A stretch of DNA of 64,000 nt from Porticoccaceae bacterium (GTDB lineage Bacteria > Pseudomonadota > Gammaproteobacteria > Pseudomonadales > Porticoccaceae): contig JABILI010000088.1 in the NCBI GenBank assembly GCA_018654575.1, positions 440-64,439 on the forward strand, read 5' to 3'. Position numbers and translations under genes: made by a program. Positions 10,272-21,364 of this stretch are shown here, piece by piece. The notes beneath the pieces were generated by a model. That model saw only the letters and a list, made by a program, of their open reading frames with translations, ran no database searches and was not told the DNA's origin. Numbering within the stretch: position 1 is the stretch's first letter; every line of letters starts with the position of its first letter.

Positions 10272-10578
10272 GTTGATCGATCTTGATCAACTTAGAAATG
10301 ATAGTATCGCCATCGATCTGATTAGACTTGAAATACTCTTCAGCCATCGGTGCGATACTGCAGACCTTAGGCAGTTCAGCCGTCTCTTGGCAGATCTGCT
10401 TAATCCGCGGCAAGAATAGAAACTGCAACCACTGAATAAACGATAGCGTATCAACTGCGAAAGGTTCAGCGCTACTTAAAGCGTCATTAGAGGGTTTTTG
10501 AGCCAGCCATAGGTCATGGGTCTGGAGGCTTTCTTCCAGCGCATTAATCATGTCACTTAACTGTTGATAGGTGTTCAT
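10255..10578 (-). CDS. yqcC: YqcC family protein
   Basis: ALSSAEPFAVDTLSFIQWLQFLFLPRI and IAPMAEEYF. Confidence 0.9.
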   Translation of the reverse strand: MNTYQQLSDMINALEESLQTHDLWLAQKPSNDALSSAEPFAVDTLSFIQWLQFLFLPRIKQICQETAELPKVCSIAPMAEEYFKSNQIDGDTIISKLIKIDQLISNA

Positions 10579-10584
10579 CGATTC

Positions 10585-12684
10585 CTACCCTAATTCTCGC
10601 CTAAAAGGCGGTAGAGCATCCAATAGCTGCTTACCATAACGTTTAGTCAATAACCGCTTATCAAGAATCGTTACCGTTCCAGTGTCTGATTCTGTCCGTA
10701 ATAACCTTCCGCAGGCCTGAATCAAACGCAGTGACGCGAGTGGCAGCGATATATCAAAGAAGGAGTTACCCCCACGAGCTTCAATCCATTCTGCTAAGGC
10801 TTGTTGCAGCGGTTCATTTGGCACGGCAAAGGGAAGCTTAGCAATCACTACATGTCGGCAGTAATCTCCCGGCAAGTCGACCCCCTCCGCAAAACTGGCC
10901 AAGCCAAACAGCATACTGGTACTACCCTGATCAATGCGCTCTTTGTGCAGTCGAACCATTTCCCGATTGGAATACTGGCCTTGGATCAATATTAGTTTGA
11001 CGAGATCATTAGGTAACTCGTCATGCACCTGTTGCATTTGGCGCCTAGAGGAAAATAACACTAGTGTGCCGGCTTTCTTCTCAACCATAGATTCAATATT
11101 ATCGATAATATGCTGGGTGTGGTCATCAACATTATTACCTTCAATAGCATCAGACGGCACTCTCAGCGACGCTGCCTCAGCATAGTCAAAAGCACCCGCA
11201 ACAGAGAGAAAGTGAGCGGAATCAGGAACTCCCGTTTCTCTTTGCAGTGTGTTGAAATTACCTAGCGACCGCAAAGTCGCTGAGGTTAAGACTGCGCCAT
11301 AGCAGCTACCCCAGAGACGTTCGCGAAGAATCTCAGCAGCCTGTATTGGACTAGCATTCACCGAGATATCAACATTACCGCCGCTGGTGTCGTCGAGTTT
11401 CAGCCAACACGCCATTGGCATGTCGCCCTGCTGTAATTCTTTATGTAACCGGTCCCACAGAGCAAGCAGACGCTCAGCACCAGACAGCCATGTCCCAGTC
11501 TGCTGATAAAAAAGCTCTATGTCAGGAGTCGGTACTGGGTATTGCTTATCGCTCAAGGCTTCATTAAGGCTATCTTTAAGAACCTCAAGACGCCCTAGCC
11601 AGCCACTTGTATGCTGAGTAATCTGTGTCGCAATATCGCGAATAGCTGCCCCCACATCGCCGTGGGCAAATCGATAGATCCCCTCATAATCATCGGCCTT
11701 ATCTAACTGCTCTTTGAGGAGCGGATAGGCCATAGACAGTAATTCAGTTATTTTTACAGCTTCTTTTTCGATTCGTGGCAACTGTTCGGCGAGCGCAGTA
11801 TCTTTGGCGAAGATGGGCGCCTGACCTTTGCATTGTTTAGGGATGCGCTCTAACCATGTCAGCGTACTATTAATTCTGCACTGAGCACCAAAGTGTCGAA
11901 TCGCCGTATCGCCGAGCCGGGGACCCTCATCACAAATATAAATACAATCTTCTGGTGGTGGCAATATAGCACCTCCACCGAGTGCTAAATCAGCCATCAC
12001 CAAATCATGGTTAGCAACGATGCAATCACTCTCTTCAAGGTCAGTACGCGCCTTAAAAAAGGGGCATTGATTGACGAATCTACAGCGCCGACCTGAACAC
12101 TGCCGGCGATCGACAGTTAAGGCGCTCCATTCAATATCCTTAATATGGGTATCCCAGGAGTCTCTATCACCGTTCCAACTGCCATCCTCCAGCGCATCGG
12201 ACATCTCTCGAAACAAGGTTTCGGTCTGCGCGTTAGGGTTAAACTGCTGCTCGTCCTCAAACAAGAATAGGCCAGCGTCTTTTGCCTTAATAGAGTCTAA
12301 ACACTGCTCCATGCGAAGATTACATGCATAACGGCCACGCCCTTTAACCAGGGCGCAACTATAATCCCAGTCACAAGCCTCAAGAAGTTCAGGGATATCC
12401 TTATGGATCAGCTGTTCCTGCAGAGCTATGGTCCCTGTAGAGACTACAACCGTCTTTTTTAAGGCCCTAGCAATAGGAAGAGCCGCAATAAGATATCCAA
12501 CCGTCTTACCTGTGCCTGTTCCCGCCTCAATAACCGATAGCCGTTTGTCTGCGTCATCATCACTCAGGCTATTGGCTATGGCAGCAACCATCTGCTTTTG
12601 GCCTAATCTGGCTTGCAATCCTCGGGTCTCTAGGAATTTTCGATAGCCCTGCTGAATGGTGTCTCTAGTGCCGTCGCCTAACAA
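10585..12684 (-). CDS. dinG: ATP-dependent DNA helicase DinG (motif II reads DEGP)
   Basis: EAGTGTGKT, KGRGRYAC, Fe-S cysteines (CSGRRCRFVNQCPF), NHDLV, TSATL, EGVDLPG and QACGRLLR. Confidence 0.94.
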   Translation of the reverse strand: MLGDGTRDTIQQGYRKFLETRGLQARLGQKQMVAAIANSLSDDDADKRLSVIEAGTGTGKTVGYLIAALPIARALKKTVVVSTGTIALQEQLIHKDIPELLEACDWDYSCALVKGRGRYACNLRMEQCLDSIKAKDAGLFLFEDEQQFNPNAQTETLFREMSDALEDGSWNGDRDSWDTHIKDIEWSALTVDRRQCSGRRCRFVNQCPFFKARTDLEESDCIVANHDLVMADLALGGGAILPPPEDCIYICDEGPRLGDTAIRHFGAQCRINSTLTWLERIPKQCKGQAPIFAKDTALAEQLPRIEKEAVKITELLSMAYPLLKEQLDKADDYEGIYRFAHGDVGAAIRDIATQITQHTSGWLGRLEVLKDSLNEALSDKQYPVPTPDIELFYQQTGTWLSGAERLLALWDRLHKELQQGDMPMACWLKLDDTSGGNVDISVNASPIQAAEILRERLWGSCYGAVLTSATLRSLGNFNTLQRETGVPDSAHFLSVAGAFDYAEAASLRVPSDAIEGNNVDDHTQHIIDNIESMVEKKAGTLVLFSSRRQMQQVHDELPNDLVKLILIQGQYSNREMVRLHKERIDQGSTSMLFGLASFAEGVDLPGDYCRHVVIAKLPFAVPNEPLQQALAEWIEARGGNSFFDISLPLASLRLIQACGRLLRTESDTGTVTILDKRLLTKRYGKQLLDALPPFRRELG

Positions 12685-12687
12685 GCG

Positions 12688-13866
12688 TTAATGCCCCTGC
12701 TGTGACAGATAGTGCAGCTGGTTATCGACAGGGGCAGCGTAAGCGGCCACGGCAATGGATTGATGCTCATTGGGTAGAGTACTGATATGGTCTTTAAATC
12801 GTTGTTCAGCATGCAACCAGTCTTCCTTAGGCCAAAGGCTCTTCAAACTCTCTAAAACATCTAACTTTTGTTCAGTAACCTGCATTGCCCAGGCGATAAT
12901 ATTGGTTGGGAAAAGTTGATAATTGACCCCAATCTGACGATTAATCTCATCAGCTAGGCCATCTGCATCCTCATATTTATCAGCGACAGGATCACCAAAA
13001 TTAACCTGAATTCGACCCTTGTACCCAAGAAAGCCTTTTACAATACTGTCGAGGTCCTCAAATGGATCCTTAATATACGTTAAGCCCTGCTGCTGAGCGT
13101 AAAGTTCACTAGCTTTCTCGGCATCACAAGGATCATACTCATAAGAAATGGCTACCGGCACAATGCTCAACTCACCGATTGCAGCGGCAAAACTTTGGTC
13201 TTTGTCCTTTGATAGCGCCAACATTTTGAGCAGGGCTGTTTCAGTACGGTCCTGTCCATTTTTAGCTCGGCCCTCAGCTTGAGCAATCCAGATAGGCACC
13301 TTTTCTTGACCAATACTGTGCCGAATATAGCGAGAAAGAGTTTTTAAGGCTTCTAGCTTCTCACGACGACCTTTGACTGACCGCTTAACAATAAAACTGC
13401 GGTTAATTCGCATCAAATCTGCTGCAAAAGGCTTACTGAGCAAATTATCGCCAATGGCAATTCTAACCATCGATCGATTCTCTTCAAAAAGACCTAAGTT
13501 AACCATAGCTGGATCTAGGGCAATATCTCTGTGATTGCTCATATATAAATGAGCTTTATCCAAGGGTGTTTTGTCGAGCCCGTTAAACCCATAACTATCA
13601 GTCGTTGTTTCAAGCACAGATATAAGGCGTGAGGTCATGTGCGCCTGAAAATCAGACACAGTAGAAACTTCAACCATAAGTTTTCGCAGCTTGCGCCGTA
13701 AAAAGGGTCTTACCAGTCCTGTAAAAATACCCGGCAGAATTTTCGTCATCCGCGGGAACTCACGCGAAAGCAGAAGATCCATTAACTCAGGATCAGCGAT
13801 CATACGTGCTAACGCGCTAGGCACTTCACTATCGTGGTACGGACGAATATCGTCAAAATCATTCAT
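12688..13866 (-). CDS. Glycerophospholipid acyltransferase (PlsC-like superfamily)
   Basis: HX4D motif SNHRDIALD, IGDNL and WIAQAEGRAKNG. Confidence 0.88.
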   Translation of the reverse strand: MNDFDDIRPYHDSEVPSALARMIADPELMDLLLSREFPRMTKILPGIFTGLVRPFLRRKLRKLMVEVSTVSDFQAHMTSRLISVLETTTDSYGFNGLDKTPLDKAHLYMSNHRDIALDPAMVNLGLFEENRSMVRIAIGDNLLSKPFAADLMRINRSFIVKRSVKGRREKLEALKTLSRYIRHSIGQEKVPIWIAQAEGRAKNGQDRTETALLKMLALSKDKDQSFAAAIGELSIVPVAISYEYDPCDAEKASELYAQQQGLTYIKDPFEDLDSIVKGFLGYKGRIQVNFGDPVADKYEDADGLADEINRQIGVNYQLFPTNIIAWAMQVTEQKLDVLESLKSLWPKEDWLHAEQRFKDHISTLPNEHQSIAVAAYAAPVDNQLHYLSQQGH

Positions 13867-13889
13867 GCTATTAGTCGACTAATTATTAT

Positions 13890-14915
13890 CTAGCTTTTGG
13901 TTGGACGTTGGCGGGAATTATACCAACGCACTTCATGAGAAAACTCATCAACCTTATCGACAACATCTAACACCAGTGCAAACAACGCCATCCGCACTAA
14001 TAGACCATTGTCGGTCTGGCGGAAGATAGCCAGGTTGGGGTTGTCATCTAGATCAATATCCAACTCATTGGCATCAGCTCGTGAATCGCGAGGCAGTGGA
14101 TGCATGATAACCGTATTGGGCTGACAGTATTCGGTATAGATCGCTTGATTAAGTCTAAACTTACCCCGATAAAGATCAGCTTCTTGTTTTGTCGAGAACC
14201 GCTCCTCCTGAATTCGCGTTGAATAAACGATATCGACATCCACTATGCTCTGGGTCATTTCATGGGATACAGTAACTTCAACACCTGAGCTGCGCATGGA
14301 TTCAATAAGCGACTCGGGCAAGGCCAATTCAGCGGGCGAAATCAGCACCACATGTGTGTTGTTATACAGGGATAATAGTTTTCCAAGAGAGTGCACTGTA
14401 CGGCCGTGGCGTAGATCACCAATCATGGCGATACTCATTCCATCTATCGTCCGATCTTTATCAACAAGCTCTTTACGGATGGTATATAGATCTAACAAAG
14501 CTTGAGTAGGGTGCTCATTAGCACCATCACCGCCATTTATCACGGGGACTCGACTAGCAGTGGCAAAATCTGCTACCGACCCAGCTTCAGGGTGACGCAT
14601 ACAGATCACATCACTAAAACCTGATAAGACTCGCGCGGTATCTTGCAGAGATTCACCCTTAACCAAGGCAGAATTCTCAAAACCAGCTGTTTCACGAACC
14701 TCACCACCCAATAAATTAAAGGCAGAGCCAAAACTGACGCGAGTACGGGTACTGGCCTCAAAAAACATATTGCCAAGAATCGCACCTTCAAGGACTCTTG
14801 TTACCCTTTTACGAAGAGCATAAGGCTCCATCTGATCAGCCACAGCAAAGATACGATCGACGTCTTCACGTTGAAGCTGGTTGATTGACAGGATATGTGC
14901 GCCGGTAAAGTTCAA
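13890..14915 (-). CDS. pyrB: Aspartate carbamoyltransferase catalytic subunit
   Basis: FFEASTRTRVSF, MRHP, HPTQALLD, GDLRHGRTVHSL and MHPLPR. TTG start after a GAGG RBS. Confidence 0.95.
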   Translation of the reverse strand: MNFTGAHILSINQLQREDVDRIFAVADQMEPYALRKRVTRVLEGAILGNMFFEASTRTRVSFGSAFNLLGGEVRETAGFENSALVKGESLQDTARVLSGFSDVICMRHPEAGSVADFATASRVPVINGGDGANEHPTQALLDLYTIRKELVDKDRTIDGMSIAMIGDLRHGRTVHSLGKLLSLYNNTHVVLISPAELALPESLIESMRSSGVEVTVSHEMTQSIVDVDIVYSTRIQEERFSTKQEADLYRGKFRLNQAIYTEYCQPNTVIMHPLPRDSRADANELDIDLDDNPNLAIFRQTDNGLLVRMALFALVLDVVDKVDEFSHEVRWYNSRQRPTKS

Positions 14916-14975
14916 GGTTTAACCTCGGGCCAAAAAGTTGATGGAAGGGATTTTAGCCTTTTTCGTCGCTGCACT

Positions 14976-16418
14976 CTAGTTCGATAACGAAAATTCATCA
15001 TTCACCTGGGCAGCCCAGCCCTTAAGCGACTCTAGTATAGCGATTTTTTCAACGGATAAACCTTCGCCGGCCAATAACTGTGCTATCTCAGCGCCCTGTT
15101 GCTCCATGGTTAAATAACCCGACTTCTCATCGGTTAATCTCCAGCGACAGTTTTCTGTCCAAACACTGCGCTCTTGATCTGACAACGAGTCGTTAAAATA
15201 ACGCGCCCGATAACTGAACAACAGCTGGTTGTAACGCTCATCACTGAAATGGAAGCGATGGTCAGTAAGGTCTTCACAGCTGGCCTGACGTACTTCTTCT
15301 AATAAATGCTTATCACCATTGGGTAAGAAACCATTATATAAACGTTGCTCAGCCTCTGGCTTTTCGGGAAACGATTGACTATTAAAGACCGCCGCTAACT
15401 TAGAGGAAAAATTAATTTGACTCAGCCTTTGCCAATGTAATTCACAGCGCTGAACATCAATATCTAGACGCTTCGCCGCAGCCTCATCTATTAATTTATG
15501 AGTGGTGACCACAGGCGTCTTATTAATATGCACCACCTTTAGCGGAATGCGAGCTTCATTATCCCCCAACGCCTCAGATGATGTGAACACTCGGTGTGCA
15601 ATTTCTTCCGGACTTAGCTTGATCAGCACCTCAGGGTCAAACGATAAGTCTATGCAAATAATGCCATTACTATTTGTCGGATGTTGCGCCAACGGCATCA
15701 TAATCGCGCCATACATATGGGCTCTTGGGAGCATACCTGAAATATGGAAAAAGGGTCTCCGGTCAGACAAATTCAACATCTCGCCAACCGCTTTTTTACT
15801 CCGCATATTCACTACATAGTCAAATAAACGAGGTTGTTTGTCTTTGACCAATTTGGCCACCGCAATCGTTGCTGTTACATCAGACAGCGCGTCATGAGCG
15901 GCTTCGTGGGCCAGTCCGTTTGCTGCAGTCAAATGCTCGAGCTTAAAACTCGGACGCCCAGGCTCATGGTCTGGCCATTCGATGCCCTCGGGCCTCAATG
16001 CTCTTGTCAAGCGCAGCATATCCATAATATCCCAGCGAGAATTGCCATTTTTCCACTCTCGCTGATAGGGATCAAAAAAGTTTCGATAGAGAGCATAACG
16101 AGTGACTTCGTCGTCAAAGCGAATACTGTTGTAACCCACTCCACAGGTCCCAGGCACAGAAAGTTGCCGGTGGATAGCCTCGATAAACTGAGGCTCCAAC
16201 AACCCTTTTTCCATAGCCAATTGAGGGGTAATTCCGGTAATAAGGCAGGCTTGAGGCGCTGGCAGTATATCTTTCTGAGGCTGACAATAAATGACCAGAG
16301 GCTCACCCACTGGATTTAAATCCTCGTCAGTCCTTAAACCAGCAAATTGTGATGGCCGATCTTTAGAGGGATCAACGCCAAAGGTCTCGTAGTCATGCCA
16401 GTAGAAAGTATTTGCCAT
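14976..16418 (-). CDS. sbcB: Exodeoxyribonuclease I
   Basis: WHDYETFG...DRPSQFAG, GYNSIRFDDE and AHDALSDV. Confidence 0.96.
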   Translation of the reverse strand: MANTFYWHDYETFGVDPSKDRPSQFAGLRTDEDLNPVGEPLVIYCQPQKDILPAPQACLITGITPQLAMEKGLLEPQFIEAIHRQLSVPGTCGVGYNSIRFDDEVTRYALYRNFFDPYQREWKNGNSRWDIMDMLRLTRALRPEGIEWPDHEPGRPSFKLEHLTAANGLAHEAAHDALSDVTATIAVAKLVKDKQPRLFDYVVNMRSKKAVGEMLNLSDRRPFFHISGMLPRAHMYGAIMMPLAQHPTNSNGIICIDLSFDPEVLIKLSPEEIAHRVFTSSEALGDNEARIPLKVVHINKTPVVTTHKLIDEAAAKRLDIDVQRCELHWQRLSQINFSSKLAAVFNSQSFPEKPEAEQRLYNGFLPNGDKHLLEEVRQASCEDLTDHRFHFSDERYNQLLFSYRARYFNDSLSDQERSVWTENCRWRLTDEKSGYLTMEQQGAEIAQLLAGEGLSVEKIAILESLKGWAAQVNDEFSLSN

Positions 16419-16470
16419 AGATTAAATCCTTTCCCCACGCAAATAAGCGTTAACATCTGGTTTGGACCGT

Positions 16471-17295
16471 TCAACCACCCTCGACTACAGGTTGTGCAGG
16501 GCTGATCTCAGGCTGTGGCTGTGGCTGTGGCTTAGGCGCCGGAGCCGCTAACCGCTGCTCTAACTGATAAATCTTTTGCGTTATTTGCCGTCGAAAGCCC
16601 TCTATAGCTTCCATAGCCTCAGCATTATTAGCCTGATCACGGTCCGTGCGCGATAACACAGCTTTTAGTCGATTAAGCTCATCGACGTATTCACGCATGA
16701 CCTCATTGATCTTGTCTATATCAGCAGAAAGCCCCAACTGGCTAACGCTCAAGTCACTAATGGCAGTGCTCTCTTCGTCAATTCGAGTCCCAACCGCTGC
16801 AATAGATTCTTGAGTCGAAACGCGCTTAGCCGCTAGAAAAGCAATATCTTTTTTATTGTCGGCAATTTTTGTTTTGTTGATATCGTTAGTGACGCCCCAG
16901 AGCTTTCTAATTTCGCTCCAATGCTTTTTTAATTCTTCACTATGCTTGCTAATATTGAGTTGCATAGCCGCACCCGACTGGGTAACCGACTCATCTGTAC
17001 TACTAAGGCGTGACTCAAGTAAATCAAATCGAGCCAGAAGAGACTCATGCTTAGCGGAAAGGTCCTGATACTGCAATCCACCAAAAACACCCGTTGCAAT
17101 CAAGCCAAAGAAGGTCAGCATCAAAATAAACTTCATCAGCCCAGACATACCTACAGTAGGTGACTGACCCCCATTTCTTGAGGTCGGTCCGTCACCACGC
17201 GACTCTGGTATATTGCGACCAATCATATCGTCCCGTTCGGCAACAATTGATGTTTTGGGCTTTTTATCCATATCTTTTTTTGATTCCATGGTCAT
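16471..17295 (-). CDS. Hypothetical single-pass membrane protein with a long coiled coil and Pro-rich tail
   Basis: One hydrophobic segment (FILMLTFFGLIATGVFGG), heptad-rich helical region, C-terminal PAPKPQPQPQPE. Confidence 0.75.
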   Translation of the reverse strand: MTMESKKDMDKKPKTSIVAERDDMIGRNIPESRGDGPTSRNGGQSPTVGMSGLMKFILMLTFFGLIATGVFGGLQYQDLSAKHESLLARFDLLESRLSSTDESVTQSGAAMQLNISKHSEELKKHWSEIRKLWGVTNDINKTKIADNKKDIAFLAAKRVSTQESIAAVGTRIDEESTAISDLSVSQLGLSADIDKINEVMREYVDELNRLKAVLSRTDRDQANNAEAMEAIEGFRRQITQKIYQLEQRLAAPAPKPQPQPQPEISPAQPVVEGG

Positions 17296-17378
17296 ATTTC
17301 AATAAAGACAAAGTCAATACTATCTCATTACGCCAAATTATACGCTGATCTTGGCCAATATATAAAAATGGCGTCCAC

Positions 17379-17414
17379 AAAAAAACCGGTGAAGCTTACC
17401 TAACACCGGTTTTT
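17379..17414 (-). terminator. Rho-independent terminator after the PuuD-like gene
   Basis: Stem AAAAACCGGTG / CACCGGTTTTT with a U-tract on the minus strand. Confidence 0.85.
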
Positions 17415-17427
17415 CGTCTAAGCAATT

Positions 17428-18066
17428 TTAAAGCAGGTTAAGTGCGCCAACCAATATCGCGGTCAGGGCCAAGCTAGAACCAATCACACCATTAACCGTG
17501 GTCATCGGGCCCTGCTTTCCTTTTAGGCCATTAATTTCTAAGGCTACAATAATCACTAAAGCAACTGTTAGCCCAGTACCACCAACGGCGGTACTATAAC
17601 CATGACCCGCATAATGCGGTCCGGCTAACATACCGAACAACATAGGTGCTGAGAACAAAGTATTGGTTCGAGAAGCAAGAAGCGCCTTGGCGCCGGCTGC
17701 TGCCTTATCACCACCTTCAACAAGGCCTAAAGCAATTTTTTGCGCCGGCCAAATTATCATCCAGACATTTGCCGCCATCAGAGTACCCATAACAACACCG
17801 ATAGCGATGTAATTATTCATTTGACCCATACGCATCACACCTTCTAATAGTAGAAGACCGGTGATAAACGTAAACATAGCACCCCATCTGAACCACCAGA
17901 GCGCACTAGGAGCCAGTTTAGCTTTCGCATCAGCTAAACCCTCAGCTGAAGCTTGTTTGAAGTATCCACCTTGCACGAAGTTAAAATAGTAGAGCATTCC
18001 AATCCAAGTGATACCAAATAAAAGATGTCCCCAACGGGCAAGTAGATTGATAAGTTCGGCGGTCAT
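17428..18066 (-). CDS. Urate hydroxylase PuuD-like membrane protein (Urate_ox_N domain only, no cytochrome c)
   Basis: RWGHLLFGITWIGMLYYFNFVQ, LWWFRWGA, NVWMIIWPAQK and SRTNTLFSAPML. GAGG RBS 8 nt before ATG 18066. Confidence 0.85.
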   Translation of the reverse strand: MTAELINLLARWGHLLFGITWIGMLYYFNFVQGGYFKQASAEGLADAKAKLAPSALWWFRWGAMFTFITGLLLLEGVMRMGQMNNYIAIGVVMGTLMAANVWMIIWPAQKIALGLVEGGDKAAAGAKALLASRTNTLFSAPMLFGMLAGPHYAGHGYSTAVGGTGLTVALVIIVALEINGLKGKQGPMTTVNGVIGSSLALTAILVGALNLL

Positions 18067-18266
18067 GAGCAAGTCCTCTAGAAATTAATACCCTTACAGG
18101 CTGTAGGTTTATTTTAGGTTCATTATAGGTTTTTTGGAGTTTTTTGATAGGCTTTTTATTAAGTTTATAGCGGTTTTATACTGTATTTAATGAATATCAT
18201 GATGAGCTTGCTCGTCACTGTCGGTATTAATACAAAAGGGCATCTCAACCTAAAAAAGAATAGCTC

Positions 18267-18301
18267 AAAAAAAAGCCCCACAGGTTAGTGCAGGGCTTTT
18301 T
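18267..18301 (-). terminator. Rho-independent terminator of groES-groEL
   Basis: Stem AAAAGCCC / GGGCTTTT flanked by A- and T-tracts just downstream of the groEL stop. Confidence 0.85.
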
Positions 18302-18320
18302 GTTTTTTTTGGAGCTGGGT

Positions 18321-19994
<1,674 letters not shown>

Positions 19995-20027
19995 TCAAAT
20001 TCTGTTAAAAAACAATTCAGTTTAAAT

Positions 20028-20321
20028 TTAAGCTTCAACTACAGCCTTAATATCGCTTTCGCTGAGGATGATTAACTCTTCGCCATCCACATCAATCTTG
20101 TCATTACCCGCGTACTGGCCAAAAACGACGATATCGCCAATTTTGACGTCAACCGGACGTAATTCACCGCTATCTAAAACACGGCCACTGCCTACGGCAA
20201 TGACTTCGCCTTGATTAGGTTTTTCTTGTGCAGAGCCTGGTAATAATATTCCGCCTGCCGTTTTTTGTTCTTCTTCCTCGCGACGAACGATAACTCGGTC
20301 GTGTAATGGGCGAATTTTCAT
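20028..20321 (-). CDS. groES: Co-chaperonin GroES
   Basis: [14 protein letters not shown]...[22 protein letters not shown] before ATG 20321. Confidence 0.98.
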   Translation of the reverse strand: MKIRPLHDRVIVRREEEEQKTAGGILLPGSAQEKPNQGEVIAVGSGRVLDSGELRPVDVKIGDIVVFGQYAGNDKIDVDGEELIILSESDIKAVVEA

Positions 20322-20398
20322 AGTTCTGTTCTCCAATTATTCTATCTTCAGTTGTTAAAATTCACTTGCGACATGATTACTTTCGCAATTGTTGCTTT

Positions 20399-20427
20399 AT
20401 ATGGTGTCAGACCTTCCCTTTTTCAAG
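20399..20427 (-). promoter_or_regulatory. Sigma32 (RpoH) promoter of groESL
   Basis: Minus strand CTTGAAA-N14-CACCATAT, matching the CTTGAAA/CCCCATNT consensus. Confidence 0.85.
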
Positions 20428-20462
20428 GGCAAGCAGCAATTCTTTTGCGATAAAAAGAAGTT

Positions 20463-20936
20463 TTAATCTAGATCCTTGCGTTCCCACGATTCTCCGTCGA
20501 TAACATTCCCGGAATTTTCAGCCTGATCTACATTCTGATTGGCAAACCCACCGACGGGAGATCCCGTCACGATCATTTTACTTAGAATTCGCGACACCAA
20601 TAAGGCTCTTATGGGGGGTATTAGCCCTGCAAAACCGATGACATCTGTCACAAACCCAGGGGTAAGTAACAACGCGCCAGATACGGCAAGAATAATGGCT
20701 TCTCCCATTTCCTTTGCTGGCAGTTTACCTTCTTGTAGTTTTTGACGACCACGCCACAAAGTAGCAAAGCCCTGCTCTCTCAGTAAAGCTGCGCCAACAA
20801 CCGCAGTCAGCAGTACTAGCCCAATAGTCAGCAGAGCACCAATCTCACTACCAACGGTGATCAGTAGCCACATTTCCAACACCGGCATGACAATAAATAA
20901 CAGTAATAGATACCTCACGGGTAACTCCTTTAACAT
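20463..20936 (-). CDS. fxsA: FxsA family membrane protein
   Basis: LLLFIVMPVLEMWLLITVG...LREQG and LLLTPGFVTDVIG. Confidence 0.93.
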   Translation of the reverse strand: MLKELPVRYLLLLFIVMPVLEMWLLITVGSEIGALLTIGLVLLTAVVGAALLREQGFATLWRGRQKLQEGKLPAKEMGEAIILAVSGALLLTPGFVTDVIGFAGLIPPIRALLVSRILSKMIVTGSPVGGFANQNVDQAENSGNVIDGESWERKDLD

Positions 20937-20950
20937 GCGCTAGTTATAGT

Positions 20951-20977
20951 TATTGGGGTAGTTTGCACTATTTCAAC
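20951..20977 (-). promoter_or_regulatory. Probable sigma32 promoter of fxsA
   Basis: Minus strand GTTGAAA-N12-CCCCAATA. fxsA is a known RpoH-regulon member in enterobacteria. Confidence 0.65.
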
Positions 20978-21005
20978 ATCTGACTGAATAGCGTAGTCTT
21001 TACTC

Positions 21006-21317
21006 ATGGACAATAATGATCGTGAGATTAGACTTTACACTGTTATTCAAGGCATTCCAGCAGGCAAAGTGGCGACCTATGGTCAGATTGCTAGTTTAGC
21101 CGGCTTGCCCGGCGCCGCGCGACTGGTCGGCAAAATTTTAAGTGGTTTGCCCGCAGATACCTCGCTGCCATGGCACCGAGTCATTAATGCCGCTGGCAAG
21201 ATCAGTATGCCTCAGGGTAGTGACTCTTTTAATGAGCAGAAAAAACGACTATTGGCAGAACAAGTGCTTGTTTGCGGAAAGAGCATTAAACTAAGTCAAT
21301 TCAGATGGCAGCCCTAA
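21006..21317 (+). CDS. Alkyltransferase-like protein (ATL/YbaZ, MGMT family)
   Basis: IPAGKVATYGQIA...ARLVG and PWHRV (Trp in place of the catalytic Cys). Confidence 0.92.
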   Translation: MDNNDREIRLYTVIQGIPAGKVATYGQIASLAGLPGAARLVGKILSGLPADTSLPWHRVINAAGKISMPQGSDSFNEQKKRLLAEQVLVCGKSIKLSQFRWQP

Positions 21318-21364
21318 ATAACTTTCGTGCTAATTAAGTAAGATTAAAAAAAATAGGACAATTA

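Noticed and set aside
21006-21317. MGMT-like protein with Trp replacing the catalytic Cys
   Set aside because: This is the known signature of ATL/YbaZ proteins, not a pseudogene.
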